A stretch of DNA of 64,000 bases from the NCBI RefSeq assembly GCF_046119375.1, contig NW_027362763.1:189038001-189102000 (forward strand). The letters run 5' to 3'. Of the stretch, positions 63,395 to 64,000 are shown piece by piece (the first letter of the stretch is position 1; each line of letters begins with the position of its first letter). The notes under the pieces were generated by a model. That model was not told the DNA's origin. It did no database searches and saw nothing but the letters and a program-made list of their open reading frames with translations. The stretch comes from Phyllobates terribilis (lineage: Eukaryota). The position numbers were made by a program, and so were the translations under genes.

Positions 63395-63580
63395 CCTGAT
63401 CTACTGAAAGTCTGTTCAAGGAGGCCATGGATACCTTTCTTGGAAAATATAATATTACATGTTATGGGACGTTGACCCAGGGAGCTAGCCTGATTGCCGT
63501 ACGTGGAGTCGGGAAGGAATTTTTCTCCTAATATGGAGCTATTAGTGTCTGCTCCACAGGGTTTTTCTTTCCTCTGGATG
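63395..63580 (+). mobile_element. Probable CR1-clade LINE 3' end fragment
   Basis: GGAGTCGGGAAGGAATTTTT..CCTAATATG...GGGTTTTT..TTCCTCTGGAT resembles amphibian CR1 3' UTRs as I recall them; no ORF. Confidence 0.5.
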
Positions 63581-64000
63581 CGAGTACCGGCAGATATTTT
63601 CACAGACTTACATTGGTGAGTTTGATCCGTGATTCAAATCAAAATCTGACATATTCCCATGTCCACGAACATGCGAACAGCTCCACAGACTGTAATGGGT
63701 ACGTGTTCTACCCGTGAAAGATACAGATAGAATATATGAACCACTGACGTCTGAATAAGGCCCAAGTCACAGAAAATTGTCACCTGAATCATTTGGGCGA
63801 GACATCAGACCAAGGAGCCAGGACAACATAGAGGAACTGTTTTCATTCTGGTCGGACGTCTGGGCCATCATTTTTTGCTTCTGTGATTCACTATGCCCAT
63901 TTATCACAGGGACTTTTTCAGGGAGCGGTCGCTTGTAAAATATCCCTCTTGGAGAAGTGTGTGCCATCAGTTTTCTCACCTACATGCATCTCCACCTCCC

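Overview
Eukaryotic, vertebrate DNA. It is most likely a frog: it carries a vertebrate UBXN7 with GT-AG introns plus TTAA-flanked T2/Kolobok-like MITEs, Tc1 and DIRS elements of the kind abundant in anurans (the taxon is an inference). The right half holds coding exons 2-11 of UBXN7 on the minus strand; all ten splice junctions and phases were reconstructed by hand into one open frame, and exon 1 lies beyond the window. The rest is a dense, heavily nested transposon landscape: the RT-RNaseH/PPT/LTR end of a Gypsy element with Gmr1-like domain order; a decayed RING-H2 (RLIM/RNF6-like) gene; a Ginger2/KRBA2-type integrase with a Cys-rich tail; a non-autonomous Helitron; six Tc1 copies, one with an intact DD34E ORF and 41-bp perfect TIRs; several hAT, Harbinger, piggyBac and Kolobok-type elements; an 8-kb hAT element built from hierarchical inverted repeats; a near-complete DIRS1 tyrosine-recombinase retrotransposon with an apparent intron in gag; and a 2.35-kb G-rich minisatellite in UBXN7 intron 9. 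There are two N gaps. No rRNA, tRNA or CRISPR features were seen. No database search was possible, so family names rest on motif recognition.
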